The notes under the pieces were generated by a model. That model was not told the DNA's origin, made no database searches, and worked only from the letters and a program-made list of their open reading frames with translations. A program made the translations under genes and the position numbers. A DNA stretch of 52,391 nucleotides from Candidatus Micrarchaeota archaeon (GTDB taxonomy: Archaea; Micrarchaeota; Micrarchaeia; Norongarragalinales; SBBD01). The stretch is taken from assembly GCA_043806595.1 (NCBI GenBank), contig JAZDGU010000012.1, positions 1 to 52,391 of the forward strand, written 5' to 3'. Position 1 is the stretch's first letter. Each line of letters begins with the position of its first letter. This document shows, in pieces, positions 30,901 to 39,643 of this stretch.

Positions 30901-33900
30901 CCCGAGGTCCATGGTGCCGCCTCCGGCGAACTGCACGCGGTTGAAGAGCAGGTTGTTGTTCCAGTTCAACGGGATTTTGATGGTGATTTCGGCGGGGTAG
31001 TTGAAGTAGTTGCCGTTCGGCCGGACGAGGTAGTTGATGTACATGTCCCTATCGGTGCACTCGTTCTCGTCGCAGTATTTCGTGGAGTTGACGGTGAAGC
31101 CAGCCGGACGGCTTCCGAATGTCCGGCAGTCCGTGTCGTCGGGCGGGGCGCGCGGGCACTGTTGCTTCTGGCTGTAGGTTAGGGTGATGCAGTTGCCCCC
31201 GGTGCAGACGGTGTCGGTTGTCCTGCAGCTGCCGGCGTCGCACATGAGGCCCGTGCCGAAGCACTCCTCGCCCCCGTCAGAGGGAGGGCAGCAGGGCTGG
31301 CCCGAGTACCCGCAGGCCCTGCACGCGCCGTAGTCGTTCTGCAGGTAGTCGAAGGTAGTGTTCGAGAGGTCACAGGAGAAGAGCTCGCCGCGAGTGAAGT
31401 TGAAGGCACACAAGTTGCCGTCGCAGCAGACCTTGCCGTCGCGGCCGCACTCCTGGCACCTGCCGAAAGAGGAGACCGGGGGAAGGCTCGGGCCCTTGAT
31501 GCACGCGAGGTTGCCGGCGTCGCATGCCGGCGAATTGCGCGGGTCGCAGAGCTGGCCGCTCCCGCCCATCACGCAGTGTGCCGCATCGCACTTCCTGCAG
31601 TAGGGCTGGATGTTGAGGTTGGTTGCATCGCAGTATTCGTCGAGCTGGCATCCGCCGGCGCACGACTTCTTTTCGTTGCATTGCGAGGCGAGCACGCACT
31701 GGCCGCGGTTCGCGCCCGAGTCGGCGCAGCATACCGTCCTTCCCTGGCACGCGGGCGTTGTTGAACCGCACCACACCGGCGCGGCGCAGCGGTTCTCCAC
31801 GCACGTCATATCAGTGTCGCACGCGCTCCACGCCTGTTGCAAAGTCTGGGGGTTGGTCGGGGGCCGACAAGACTGGCCGAAGGCTCCCGCGGAGACGCAG
31901 GTGTCGGAGTCCGTGCTGCACGCGAGGCCGCCGGTGCACGTCACGCCCGCGCAGCACGGCTTGCCGAGAGTTCCGCACTCGAACTGCCGGCAGGAGCCGC
32001 CTTCCGTGGTCAGAGGCGAGACGCAGCGCAGGTCCTGCGCGGAGCCGACGCAGCTCGGGTCGCATTCCGCGGAGGCCGAGCATTGCGCTGCTGGCACGCA
32101 CGCCTTGGTCCCTCCGGTCCTGCAGCACGCCTCGTCGTCGACGCAGGTGTCGGAGCCGCAGAGCGTCGGGTACCAGCAGGTGCCGCCGATGCACTGGAAT
32201 AATGAGTCGCAGGGGTCGTTCGCGCCGTTCACGATTCTGTTGGAGCAGCAGGCTTCGTTGAATCCCCCGCAGGGAGGCGTCGGCAAGGCGCACCTGCCGT
32301 TGCGGGCGACGAGTCCGGCGTTGCATACCCCGCCGTCGCAGACTATCTCGCTCTCACCGCCGCAAGGCTGACATGTTCCCAAACCGCTTCCTTCGACCGG
32401 AACGCAGACGTTGTTTGAGGACCTGCACGGCTGCACACTGTCGGGGTCGCAGAACTCACCGGGGCCGCCGAAGGGGCAGTGCCCCTCGTCGCACAATCGG
32501 CACTGCGGGTTTGAAAGCACGACTGCCGAGCAGTATTCGTAGTCTTCGCATCCGCCGGCGCACGAGACTTCGTTGGTGCATTGGGAGTCGAGCACGCATT
32601 TGCCCTGGTTTGCGCCAACGTCGGCGCAGCATACCGTCGCGCCCTCGCAGAGGTTGCCGGAGGAGCCGCAGTATGTCGCGCTTTGGCAGGAGCCGGAGAG
32701 GCACTGGAGGCCGCTCCCGCAGGCTGCCTTGGGATTGGAGGGCGTGTAGGAACAGCAGGACATTCCAACGCCGCCGCAGTTCTGGCAGGAAAGCGAGCCG
32801 TCGGACGCGTCCGCCACGCACGCAAGTCCGGCGTTGCATCTCACGCCGCTGCAGCACATGAGGTCCCTTGCGCCGCAGTGGTCGGAGGCGGCATCGCAGT
32901 AGGGGTCGACGCCCTCGCCGGAGACGCAGACGTGCTGGAGGTCGCACGCGGGCGTGCATTCAGCGGAAGTCGTGCATGATGAAGCGGAAGTACAGCCCCG
33001 AAGCGCGCCGTACGCGCAGCACACCTCGTCGTCGACGCATTCGTCGTCGCTGCAGAGCGTCGGGTAGGAGCATATGCGGTTCTGGTTCGCGTCAGTGATG
33101 CACTGGAAGTTCGCGTCGCAGGGGTCCGAGGTGTCCCTGCAGGGCTGGCCGAAGCCGCCCGTGCTCGTCCTGCAGACGTGCTGGACAAGGTCGCAGGTCT
33201 CGGTCGCGGCGCACGTCGCATGCGCCTCGTCGCAGAAGCCCTGGCAAAGCCTGCGGATCGCATCGGTCCACTCCACGTCACCGCAGTAGACCGGCCGCGC
33301 GTCCGTGCCGGTGACGCTGCAGAAGCTGTCCGCGGGAAGGTTGGCGCATGATACCGGATTGCTGCACTGCGCGGCCTGCTGGCATGACGCGGGGCTCGCG
33401 TCCGCGCAGCACACCGCGCCTTGCCCGCAGAGGACGCCGTTGCAGAGCACGGGCTTGACGCAGTAGAAGCCGGAGGTTTCGAGGCCCTGCTGGCACTGCT
33501 GGGCGCCGTTGCAGATGTGCTGGCCGTAGCCTCCGCAGGGCTCGCATTTGCCCCCGCCGCCTGCGTTGATGTCCGCGTCGCAGTACTGGCCCGATGGACA
33601 GGACACGCCGGCGTTGTCGTTGCAGTAGCCCGGACATTTCGACGGGGCCGTGCTGCATTCCTTGCATTGCGCTGGGATTTCGGTGGCGTCGCAGTATTGC
33701 GTCGGCAGGCAGGAGCCGCAGTCGTTCTCAATTGTGTCGCGGGGGCACGTGTCGATTTCGATTACGCACAGGCCGGTGCCGTCCTGTTCGACGCAGCACT
33801 TCGTGGTGTCGCCGGTGCAGAGCACGGCATCGCTTCCGCATTCCGTCGGGGGCTCGCACGTCCTGCCGTTCTGCGAGGACTTGCAGGCAAGCTCGCCGAG

Positions 33901-36900
33901 GCACGCTGGGCCGGAGCCGGAGGAATAAGTGCAGCAGGGCTCGCCTGCCGCGCCGCACTTGAAGCATGTGCCTTGTGCGGAACACATGAGGCTGTTGGAG
34001 CATGTACCCTGGGGGCAGCACTTCTGGTTCTCCGTGCCGCAGGGCTCGCAAACGCCGAACCTGCTGCCGTTGACGGCCACGCAGACGTTCGTTGCCGACG
34101 TGCAGGGCTGCTCGCTTGCGGGGTTGCAGCGGCCGCCGGGCTCGCCGAACGTGCAGTGCCGCTCGTCGCAGTCCCTGCATGCGGGAATGGAGTTGGGGTT
34201 GAGGTTGGAGGCGTCGCAGTACTGGTCGGCGGTGCAGCCCGTGCAGAACTTCTGGCTCGTGCACGCGTCGAGCGCGGTGCACTGGCCGAGCTTGTCGGGG
34301 TCGGCGCAGCATACGGTCGCGCCGAGGCATTTTGTCTGGCTGGAGCCGCAGAAGGTCACCGGCGCGCACTTGCTTGCGACGCACTGGAGCGTGTCGAGGC
34401 AGGCGGTTGCCGGAAGGTTGCCGTAGTCGCAGCAGTCCTGGCCGAAAGCGCCGCACTGGACGCACACGCGGCTGCTGTCCGTGTCGCTGCACCGCAGGCC
34501 GTCCTCGCAGCCTATGCCGCCGCAGCACTGCTTGCCTTGGCTGCCGCAGTCCGCTGCAGTGCAGACCGCTCCCGCGCCCGAGGAGTCGCAGTAGAGGCCT
34601 TCCGCGGTGCGCCAGCACTCCGGCAGGCACTGCGCCTGCGTGGTGCATGAAGACGCGGCCGCGCACGACTTGCTTCCGCCGTCGGCGCAGCAGACGTTCT
34701 CGTCCGAGCAGTATTGCGTCGCCGAGCCGCAGGAAGTCGGATAGCGGCATACGCTGGCGAGGCACTGGTAGCTGTAGTCGCAGGAGTCGATGCGGCCTCC
34801 CTGCTGGCGCGTCGAGCAGCAGTCCTGTCCGAAGCCGCCGCAGCCCGTGAGGTTCAGGCGCTGGGTGTTCGTCGAGGCGAAGCACCATGCAACCTGGGAG
34901 GTGTTGAATGCAGTGCCAAGGCGGTCGTCGTTGGGGTCGCGGAAATACCTCGAGCCGTCGAAGGCGTACGACCGGTATTCCAGCACCACGGCCTTGGACT
35001 GGCGGGCTTCGGGCCTGACCTTGATCCAATACGAGAGCCTGAACGTGCCGGTAAGCGAGGGCGAATAGGAGAGGTCGGCCCAGGAGAGCGAGTAGGTCGT
35101 GGAGTTGCCGGAAAAGTCAGCGGTGCAGAGGGAGGAGTCGTTTGTGGCGTTGGAACGGCCGCCGCGGAGAACCGTCGAGCCCTTCACGGCATCAGGGAAC
35201 TCCGACGCGGAGAAGTTGGTGATGCGCGCGACCTCCGAGCCGTTGCCGTCCGAGACCTTGAGGAAGATTCCGCCGGTCTGCATGGAGTCGACGAAGTAGA
35301 CGTCGAACACGAGGAGGTACGACCTGTCGGAGACGAGCCGCGTGACCTTGTTCAGGCCGGCGTCCTGCGCCTCCACGAAGAGGATGCTGGTTATCGAGTT
35401 GTCGCTCAGGAGCTTCATGTTGCCCGTGATTTCGGTGACGTTGTTCGCCTTGATGGAGTTCATGCCGACGGGATTCGACCACGGCTTGTAGAGCGGCGAC
35501 CTGACGGTGAGGTTGTAGGCCTTGTCGATGCGCAGCTCGAGGTCGCACGTGTCGGCGTTCGCCGCTGCGCACGACCCCGCCGCGGAACCGTTTCGGAAGG
35601 ACTTCTCGAAATAGGCGGTCGCGTTGAAGCTGCGGATGGACGAGTCCGTGCCCCATTCCTTGACGCCGACCCTCAGCGTGCCGCGGGGGTAGTAGAGCGT
35701 GAGGTTGGCATCCGCTGAACCGTCCGAGAGGTCCGCGACGACGCTGCCCCTGAGGCTCTGGAAGGACGCGCGGACGGTGTACGACTGGCGGTTGAGCTCG
35801 CGGACTGCGGCCCTTCCGGAAACTGCCTTGGCGTCGAACGGCGGAACCCAGTCGCCGTCCCCGTCGAAGAAAGCGAGCGCGACCTGCTGGGAAGGCACCC
35901 TGCCGTCCTCGTCCTTCACGGTCAGGTTGAGGGATGCGGAGTTGTCGGCTGTAGTCTTCTGCAGGGTGATGGTCTTGGACTCGCCCGCGTAGAACCTCAG
36001 GGTCTTCTGCGGGAGGTAGCCGGGCTTGGAGGCGACGGCGTAGTAGATGCCCGCGGGATGCAGCGACGCGGAGAGCTGGGATGCGTCGCGGGCCTCCTTC
36101 ACGACGGTGTAGTTGCTTGAGCCCTCGCCGGGGTAGATGATCGCGACGTGCGCGGCCTGAAGCGCCTTGCCCTGCGCGTCCTTAATGTAGATGACAGTGG
36201 TCGCGCCGGTCTCGCGCTCCTCCTCGAGCACAATCGTGATTTCGTCGTTGCGCGTCAGCGTCAGCACCTGGCTTTCCTGCTGGTATCCGTCGGACTCCGC
36301 CGAAATCCGGACCTCTGTGCCGACCTTCATCGTCGTGAACGTCGCCGAGCCGAATAGCGTGTCCTCTTCCGCGAGCAGGGCGTTCGTCGAGGAGTCGCGG
36401 ACGGCGATCCTTGCCTCGAGGGCGTTGCCCTCGGCGTTCTCAACGCTGACCTTGAGGAGCGCGAAGTCCGTTGGCGTTTCAGGGCCAGGAATCGGCGGGT
36501 TGACGGAAGTGGCGCGCAATACAATCCTCTTCGTCGTGTCCTCGGCGGCCGTGAACGAGATGGACTTCGCCTCGTAGCCCTCGGCGCTCGCGGTGACCGA
36601 GACGAGCGAGCCCCCGGGCACCGAGAACTCGGCGCTGCCCTCGTAGTCGGAAGTCAGCGAATGCGGAGTGCCGTCGAAGGAGTATTCCACGTCTGCAAGG
36701 GAAACCGGCCTGTTGGAGAAGTCCAAAACCTTTATCGTCACCGCCGCGAAGTCTCGCTCGAGGCTGAAGGAAAATGACGGCCTGTCCCCGATGACTATCG
36801 TCTGCTCGACAAGCTTGTATCCCTCCTTTGCGACGGAGAGCTTCGCGCGTTGGCCCCGCGGCAGGCCCGCGAACTCCGCGACGCCGGCCTTGGTGGCGGC

Positions 36901-37242
36901 GGACTTGGCGAAGCCCTGCCCCGAGACGCTCACCTGCGCGCCGTCTATGACGCCCGCCTCGGAAACGACGCGCACGGAGAGGGCAGCGGTCTTGGGGACC
37001 GCGATCGCATACGCCGCGAACAGCGCGCCCGCGAGGACGAGGAGTATGATGAGCGCGAATACGGGGAAGGACGGGATGCCGTTCTTCTCTATGGGCTCGA
37101 GGAAGAAGCGCGCGAACGGCACGCCCTTGGACTCGAGGTATTTCGCGAAGGCGTAGTACTTGTCCTCGAGAGAAAGATAGAAGCCCTTGAGGGGCGCGAG
37201 GGGGTCGGCCTTGGCAGGCGGTTGTTCGTCCGTTGTGCCCAT
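27994..37242 (-). CDS. Giant (3082 aa) membrane-anchored Cys-rich surface protein
   Basis: N-terminal TM helix, carboxypeptidase-regulatory-like repeats, a ~1200-aa disulfide-rich repeat region with CG..GQ.CC motifs and many N-x-S/T sequons. Confidence 0.88.
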   Translation of the reverse strand: MGTTDEQPPAKADPLAPLKGFYLSLEDKYYAFAKYLESKGVPFARFFLEPIEKNGIPSFPVFALIILLVLAGALFAAYAIAVPKTAALSVRVVSEAGVIDGAQVSVSGQGFAKSAATKAGVAEFAGLPRGQRAKLSVAKEGYKLVEQTIVIGDRPSFSFSLERDFAAVTIKVLDFSNRPVSLADVEYSFDGTPHSLTSDYEGSAEFSVPGGSLVSVTASAEGYEAKSISFTAAEDTTKRIVLRATSVNPPIPGPETPTDFALLKVSVENAEGNALEARIAVRDSSTNALLAEEDTLFGSATFTTMKVGTEVRISAESDGYQQESQVLTLTRNDEITIVLEEERETGATTVIYIKDAQGKALQAAHVAIIYPGEGSSNYTVVKEARDASQLSASLHPAGIYYAVASKPGYLPQKTLRFYAGESKTITLQKTTADNSASLNLTVKDEDGRVPSQQVALAFFDGDGDWVPPFDAKAVSGRAAVRELNRQSYTVRASFQSLRGSVVADLSDGSADANLTLYYPRGTLRVGVKEWGTDSSIRSFNATAYFEKSFRNGSAAGSCAAANADTCDLELRIDKAYNLTVRSPLYKPWSNPVGMNSIKANNVTEITGNMKLLSDNSITSILFVEAQDAGLNKVTRLVSDRSYLLVFDVYFVDSMQTGGIFLKVSDGNGSEVARITNFSASEFPDAVKGSTVLRGGRSNATNDSSLCTADFSGNSTTYSLSWADLSYSPSLTGTFRLSYWIKVRPEARQSKAVVLEYRSYAFDGSRYFRDPNDDRLGTAFNTSQVAWCFASTNTQRLNLTGCGGFGQDCCSTRQQGGRIDSCDYSYQCLASVCRYPTSCGSATQYCSDENVCCADGGSKSCAAASSCTTQAQCLPECWRTAEGLYCDSSGAGAVCTAADCGSQGKQCCGGIGCEDGLRCSDTDSSRVCVQCGAFGQDCCDYGNLPATACLDTLQCVASKCAPVTFCGSSQTKCLGATVCCADPDKLGQCTALDACTSQKFCTGCTADQYCDASNLNPNSIPACRDCDERHCTFGEPGGRCNPASEQPCTSATNVCVAVNGSRFGVCEPCGTENQKCCPQGTCSNSLMCSAQGTCFKCGAAGEPCCTYSSGSGPACLGELACKSSQNGRTCEPPTECGSDAVLCTGDTTKCCVEQDGTGLCVIEIDTCPRDTIENDCGSCLPTQYCDATEIPAQCKECSTAPSKCPGYCNDNAGVSCPSGQYCDADINAGGGGKCEPCGGYGQHICNGAQQCQQGLETSGFYCVKPVLCNGVLCGQGAVCCADASPASCQQAAQCSNPVSCANLPADSFCSVTGTDARPVYCGDVEWTDAIRRLCQGFCDEAHATCAATETCDLVQHVCRTSTGGFGQPCRDTSDPCDANFQCITDANQNRICSYPTLCSDDECVDDEVCCAYGALRGCTSASSCTTSAECTPACDLQHVCVSGEGVDPYCDAASDHCGARDLMCCSGVRCNAGLACVADASDGSLSCQNCGGVGMSCCSYTPSNPKAACGSGLQCLSGSCQSATYCGSSGNLCEGATVCCADVGANQGKCVLDSQCTNEVSCAGGCEDYEYCSAVVLSNPQCRLCDEGHCPFGGPGEFCDPDSVQPCRSSNNVCVPVEGSGLGTCQPCGGESEIVCDGGVCNAGLVARNGRCALPTPPCGGFNEACCSNRIVNGANDPCDSLFQCIGGTCWYPTLCGSDTCVDDEACCRTGGTKACVPAAQCSASAECDPSCVGSAQDLRCVSPLTTEGGSCRQFECGTLGKPCCAGVTCTGGLACSTDSDTCVSAGAFGQSCRPPTNPQTLQQAWSACDTDMTCVENRCAAPVWCGSTTPACQGRTVCCADSGANRGQCVLASQCNEKKSCAGGCQLDEYCDATNLNIQPYCRKCDAAHCVMGGSGQLCDPRNSPACDAGNLACIKGPSLPPVSSFGRCQECGRDGKVCCDGNLCAFNFTRGELFSCDLSNTTFDYLQNDYGACRACGYSGQPCCPPSDGGEECFGTGLMCDAGSCRTTDTVCTGGNCITLTYSQKQQCPRAPPDDTDCRTFGSRPAGFTVNSTKYCDENECTDRDMYINYLVRPNGNYFNYPAEITIKIPLNWNNNLLFNRVQFAGGGTMDLGRQPKTSIVIPIENAGQYDRLSGSIRATPWETADRVPVSVGLRTGSLSIEAGSWFKLTPGTPARNPGGLTDYLSCNFVNLRLETGPRGQYINSSCNKLVFQVDSFFPADAIPADFSDLRAKRCTTLNVQATDDSGRDLKTCFNTADSPGGDAVRFNPNLAGCPLQPRGVTTPVVETGSINFTCLNAPNSPLVMKFEVRPPTLTEKAIDFAAMPYRKSYAGEEQRPYTYYKGIDFDSSPARLLYAVNNKHPDLRNSYDELSVGLYSGATFVGHPVMTRNDDVKLVAWDSSADPRPVGLYANPQDNYPRPEDLLVGEVSKSGYGGLAADIGLNAVMNADRLETPLPPERTTVYSPGGTQCGSRYTPGDCTGLGKVNRDAPACPAGFAQESVMQLDTFYCEWVGNMCQTKSGVLPKYDYSRTCIKPRSVLVIDPESYVKNVMDGFRAKASQIAQKSAFRRSYNTAKYCLKQSPTQEEFSDPAVCRDNEGDWVTITPITTETEMQCRFCYDVSPLNEWGSPAGALQVDSCDARCQPDESEDCMAVSPGTGAYTGFCASLEDGEQFTNSTGITFTCSGDGCLYACSPMLEDFNTAGDYCGTDSECSSCPPEGVKTVTEVIGYTQDTPCDGDTLSCIFEVRQSLPPGQQLNPGSPYKYFVPSISNNPFQFSIVMQASGDALFNYMPDLASPYSSDVAQTVEEDPLFGQACQVRNGAFLLSSRTTDGSTWKYDSTNFFHVQPLMLSNSYPWPDLQRRCGETPACNLFDPRQVFYAEGADRNKFGSYLPDNAFKADKIRGHCLAWEWPIVPDYEGENHEVSHPETDGDQFEKLHTHPANSDWRGKVLNGVSDGLGQSALSGDGWDGGPDFVILSVTQTTPAQFLGAYLARVAHAGRSGGNCGLTGKKTRAAAFDIILPYDVNEYPRVFDFVPPAENSWCHNGHNDCGWNPCCTISVLGKDKYKIHYAYDGFDLCWRP
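31410..34846 (-). repeat. Three ~290-aa Cys-rich super-repeats inside the 3082-aa protein (~34846-33980, ~33160-32310, ~32272-31410)
   Basis: Each unit has the same motif order: GGFGQ/GGFNE, YPT.C, C.D..(V/A)CC, G(A/R)TVCCAD..G.C, YC.A...P.CR.CD..HC..G..G..C.P and G.C..CG. Boundaries are approximate. Confidence 0.8.
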
Positions 37243-37369
37243 GCTCGTCTAAAACCTTCGGCGTATGACACGCATTTAACGGATGCATAGTTTATAAATT
37301 TGTGCCGGGGTGTGCGGCGGCATAAACCATAGTATTAAAGACGTTGTTCCCACAGAGAGTTGGGGAAAA

Positions 37370-38809
37370 ATGGAGTTTTCGCAAGCGGTCAGGACGACTG
37401 CGGACGTGAGCATACCAGGCGACCCGCTCGAGCAGGTGATCGGCCAGCGGAACGCAGTGCAGATAGCGAAGCTTGCGGCAAGGCAGAAGCGCCACCTACT
37501 CCTCGTGGGGCCGCCGGGGACGGGAAAGAGCCTCATCGCGCAGAGCATCGCGGTGCACCTGCAGAAGCCGACGCAGGAGGTTTCCGTGCTCCACAACCCA
37601 GAGAACCCCGAGCGCCCCGTCGTCGAGGTGCGCGACGTCAAGGACATCGCCAAGGAGAAGAGCCTCGAGAAGGCCGTCGAGGGCAGGCTCGCCGAACCCG
37701 CGCTGATCCCGGGCTTCGTGGCGGAACGGCTCGGCTTTCGGTGCCGGAAATGCGGCGCGCTCAGCCGCGGGGTGGAGCCGGCATGCCCAAACTGCGGCAC
37801 CGACAAGAACAGCCGCGACTACTCGCCCTTCGGGGACCTGCTGTTCGAGAGCCGGCCGCCCTCGCAGAACGAGCGCGTGCACACCACGCGCGTGACCGAT
37901 GACGGCCGCGAGGAGGTCATAGTCTACGAGCGCGCCGGCGAGAGGGTGCGCATCCTCGACCAGAAGGCGCTCGAGAAGATGGACGCCCTCAAGCAGCGCA
38001 GGCCGCGCAAGGTCATCATCCCGCTTTCGCGCAAGAACTTCGTGGAAGCCACGGGCGCCAGCGAGACGGAACTCCTCGGGGACGTGAGGCACGACCCCTA
38101 CGGCGGCCACCAGCAGATCGGCGTCCTGCCGTACGCGCGCGTGGTGCCCGGAGCGGTGCACGAGGCGCACGAGGGCGTGCTGTTCATCGACGAGCTCTCC
38201 GCGCTGGCGTACCTGCAGAGGTACATCTTCACCGCGATGCAGGAGAAGAAGTATTCCATCGTGGGCAGGAACCCGCAGAGTTCGGGCGCGAGCGTCAAGG
38301 TCGAAAACGTCCCGAGCGACTTCATCCTGATTGCCGCAAGCAACATCAACGACCTGCAGCTCATCCTGCCTCCTCTGCGCTCGAGGATCTCGGGCAGCGG
38401 ATACGAGGTTCTCCTTGACACGCACATGTCGGACACTCCCGAAAACCGCGGCAGGCTGCTGCAGTTCATCGCACAGGAGATCACCAAGGACGGCAAGATT
38501 CCGCATGCGACGCTCGAGGCTGCCGAGGAGATGATAGAGGAGGCCCGCAGGCGCGCGAAGCTGAACGACGACATGGGCGACGCGCTGACCCTCCGCCTGC
38601 GAGACCTCAGCGGCGTCATCCGGCTCGCGGGCGACTTCGCGGTCGCCGAGGGAGCGCAGCACATCGAGCGCGAGTTCATCAAGACCGCGCTGCACCGCAA
38701 CCGCAACGTCGAGGAGCAGCTCAAGGAGAAGTACGGCAGCGTCTGGAAGGCCTCGGCCAAGGAGATGTCGGCGGGCGAGCGCAGGCCGGAGCAGAAGGAG
38801 GTAAGCTGA
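37370..38809 (+). CDS. LonB-like AAA+ ATPase lacking the protease domain, with a Zn-ribbon insertion
   Basis: QVIGQ, Walker A GPPGTGKS, GDVRHDPYG, AHEGVLFIDE Walker B, PLRSRI and LTLRLRDL. CxxC..CPNC insert. Ends before any Ser-Lys protease domain. Confidence 0.85.
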   Translation: MEFSQAVRTTADVSIPGDPLEQVIGQRNAVQIAKLAARQKRHLLLVGPPGTGKSLIAQSIAVHLQKPTQEVSVLHNPENPERPVVEVRDVKDIAKEKSLEKAVEGRLAEPALIPGFVAERLGFRCRKCGALSRGVEPACPNCGTDKNSRDYSPFGDLLFESRPPSQNERVHTTRVTDDGREEVIVYERAGERVRILDQKALEKMDALKQRRPRKVIIPLSRKNFVEATGASETELLGDVRHDPYGGHQQIGVLPYARVVPGAVHEAHEGVLFIDELSALAYLQRYIFTAMQEKKYSIVGRNPQSSGASVKVENVPSDFILIAASNINDLQLILPPLRSRISGSGYEVLLDTHMSDTPENRGRLLQFIAQEITKDGKIPHATLEAAEEMIEEARRRAKLNDDMGDALTLRLRDLSGVIRLAGDFAVAEGAQHIEREFIKTALHRNRNVEEQLKEKYGSVWKASAKEMSAGERRPEQKEVS

Positions 38810-38821
38810 ACGGCGGTCGCC

Positions 38822-39172
38822 ATGAAGATACTCGTCGTCTCAAAGGATGCTGTCGAGAGGGTCTCCCCCGGGCTCTGGGAGAAACTTGACAAGGAAACCC
38901 ACCCCGAACTCGGGACGCTTGAGAAGACGCTCAAGGGCCTCAAGCCCGTGCTCCTGACCAAGGGGGGAGAGGGCGACGTGCTCATCTTCCACGTCAGCGC
39001 GAAGAGGCGGAAGCTGTTCTACTGCGACGAGGTCCAGCCCGGGGCCGCCGAGGTCTCCGACAAGTGCTTCAAGGCGCTGGAGGAGACCGCGGGGCACACC
39101 GCGGTGATGCTCATGCGCGCCGAGGGCCCGCTGCCCCGCATCACGCCCCACGTCCACCGCTGCGGGGGATAG
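38822..39172 (+). CDS. Hypothetical protein co-oriented with the Lon-like ATPase
   Basis: Starts 12 nt after the ATPase stop, with host-like GC3 codon usage. Confidence 0.65.
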   Translation: MKILVVSKDAVERVSPGLWEKLDKETHPELGTLEKTLKGLKPVLLTKGGEGDVLIFHVSAKRRKLFYCDEVQPGAAEVSDKCFKALEETAGHTAVMLMRAEGPLPRITPHVHRCGG

Positions 39173-39175
39173 GCG

Positions 39176-39628
39176 TCAGACGCCCTTGCGGTACTGCTCG
39201 AGGCGCGCGCGCAGCTCGGCGTCGTGCAGCGCGAGCATCTTGACGCACGCGAGCGCGCAGTTCTCGGGCTCGAGCACGGTCATGCAGCCCATGTTGGAGG
39301 GCATGCGCAGGCTCGAGAGCACGTCCAAGCCGTTGTACTTCTCGGAATACGGCGGGCAGTTGATGACGGGGTTGATGGTGTTGCCCTCGATCACCCCGCC
39401 GAGCGCGTTCGAGCGGCCCGCGACCGCGACGTAGACGACGCGGTTGGCCGAGGCGTCGTGCCTTTCGACCAGCTCGAGCGTCTTGCGCGTCTGCTTGTGC
39501 GCGCTCGATACGTGCACGTCGCACGGCACGCCGAATTCGGCAAGCTTGGAGGAAATCCTCTTGGAGTGCTCCTCGTCGGACTTGCTTCCCATCAGGATAA
39601 CGACCTTGTGCTTGTTGCCCGATGCCAT
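39176..39628 (-). CDS. purE: AIR carboxylase, class II (PAICS-type) PurE
   Basis: MGSKSD, SAHK, VAGRSNAL, PVINCPP and SSLRMPS. Confidence 0.93.
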   Translation of the reverse strand: MASGNKHKVVILMGSKSDEEHSKRISSKLAEFGVPCDVHVSSAHKQTRKTLELVERHDASANRVVYVAVAGRSNALGGVIEGNTINPVINCPPYSEKYNGLDVLSSLRMPSNMGCMTVLEPENCALACVKMLALHDAELRARLEQYRKGV

Positions 39629-39643
39629 ATGTGGTACACCTCT

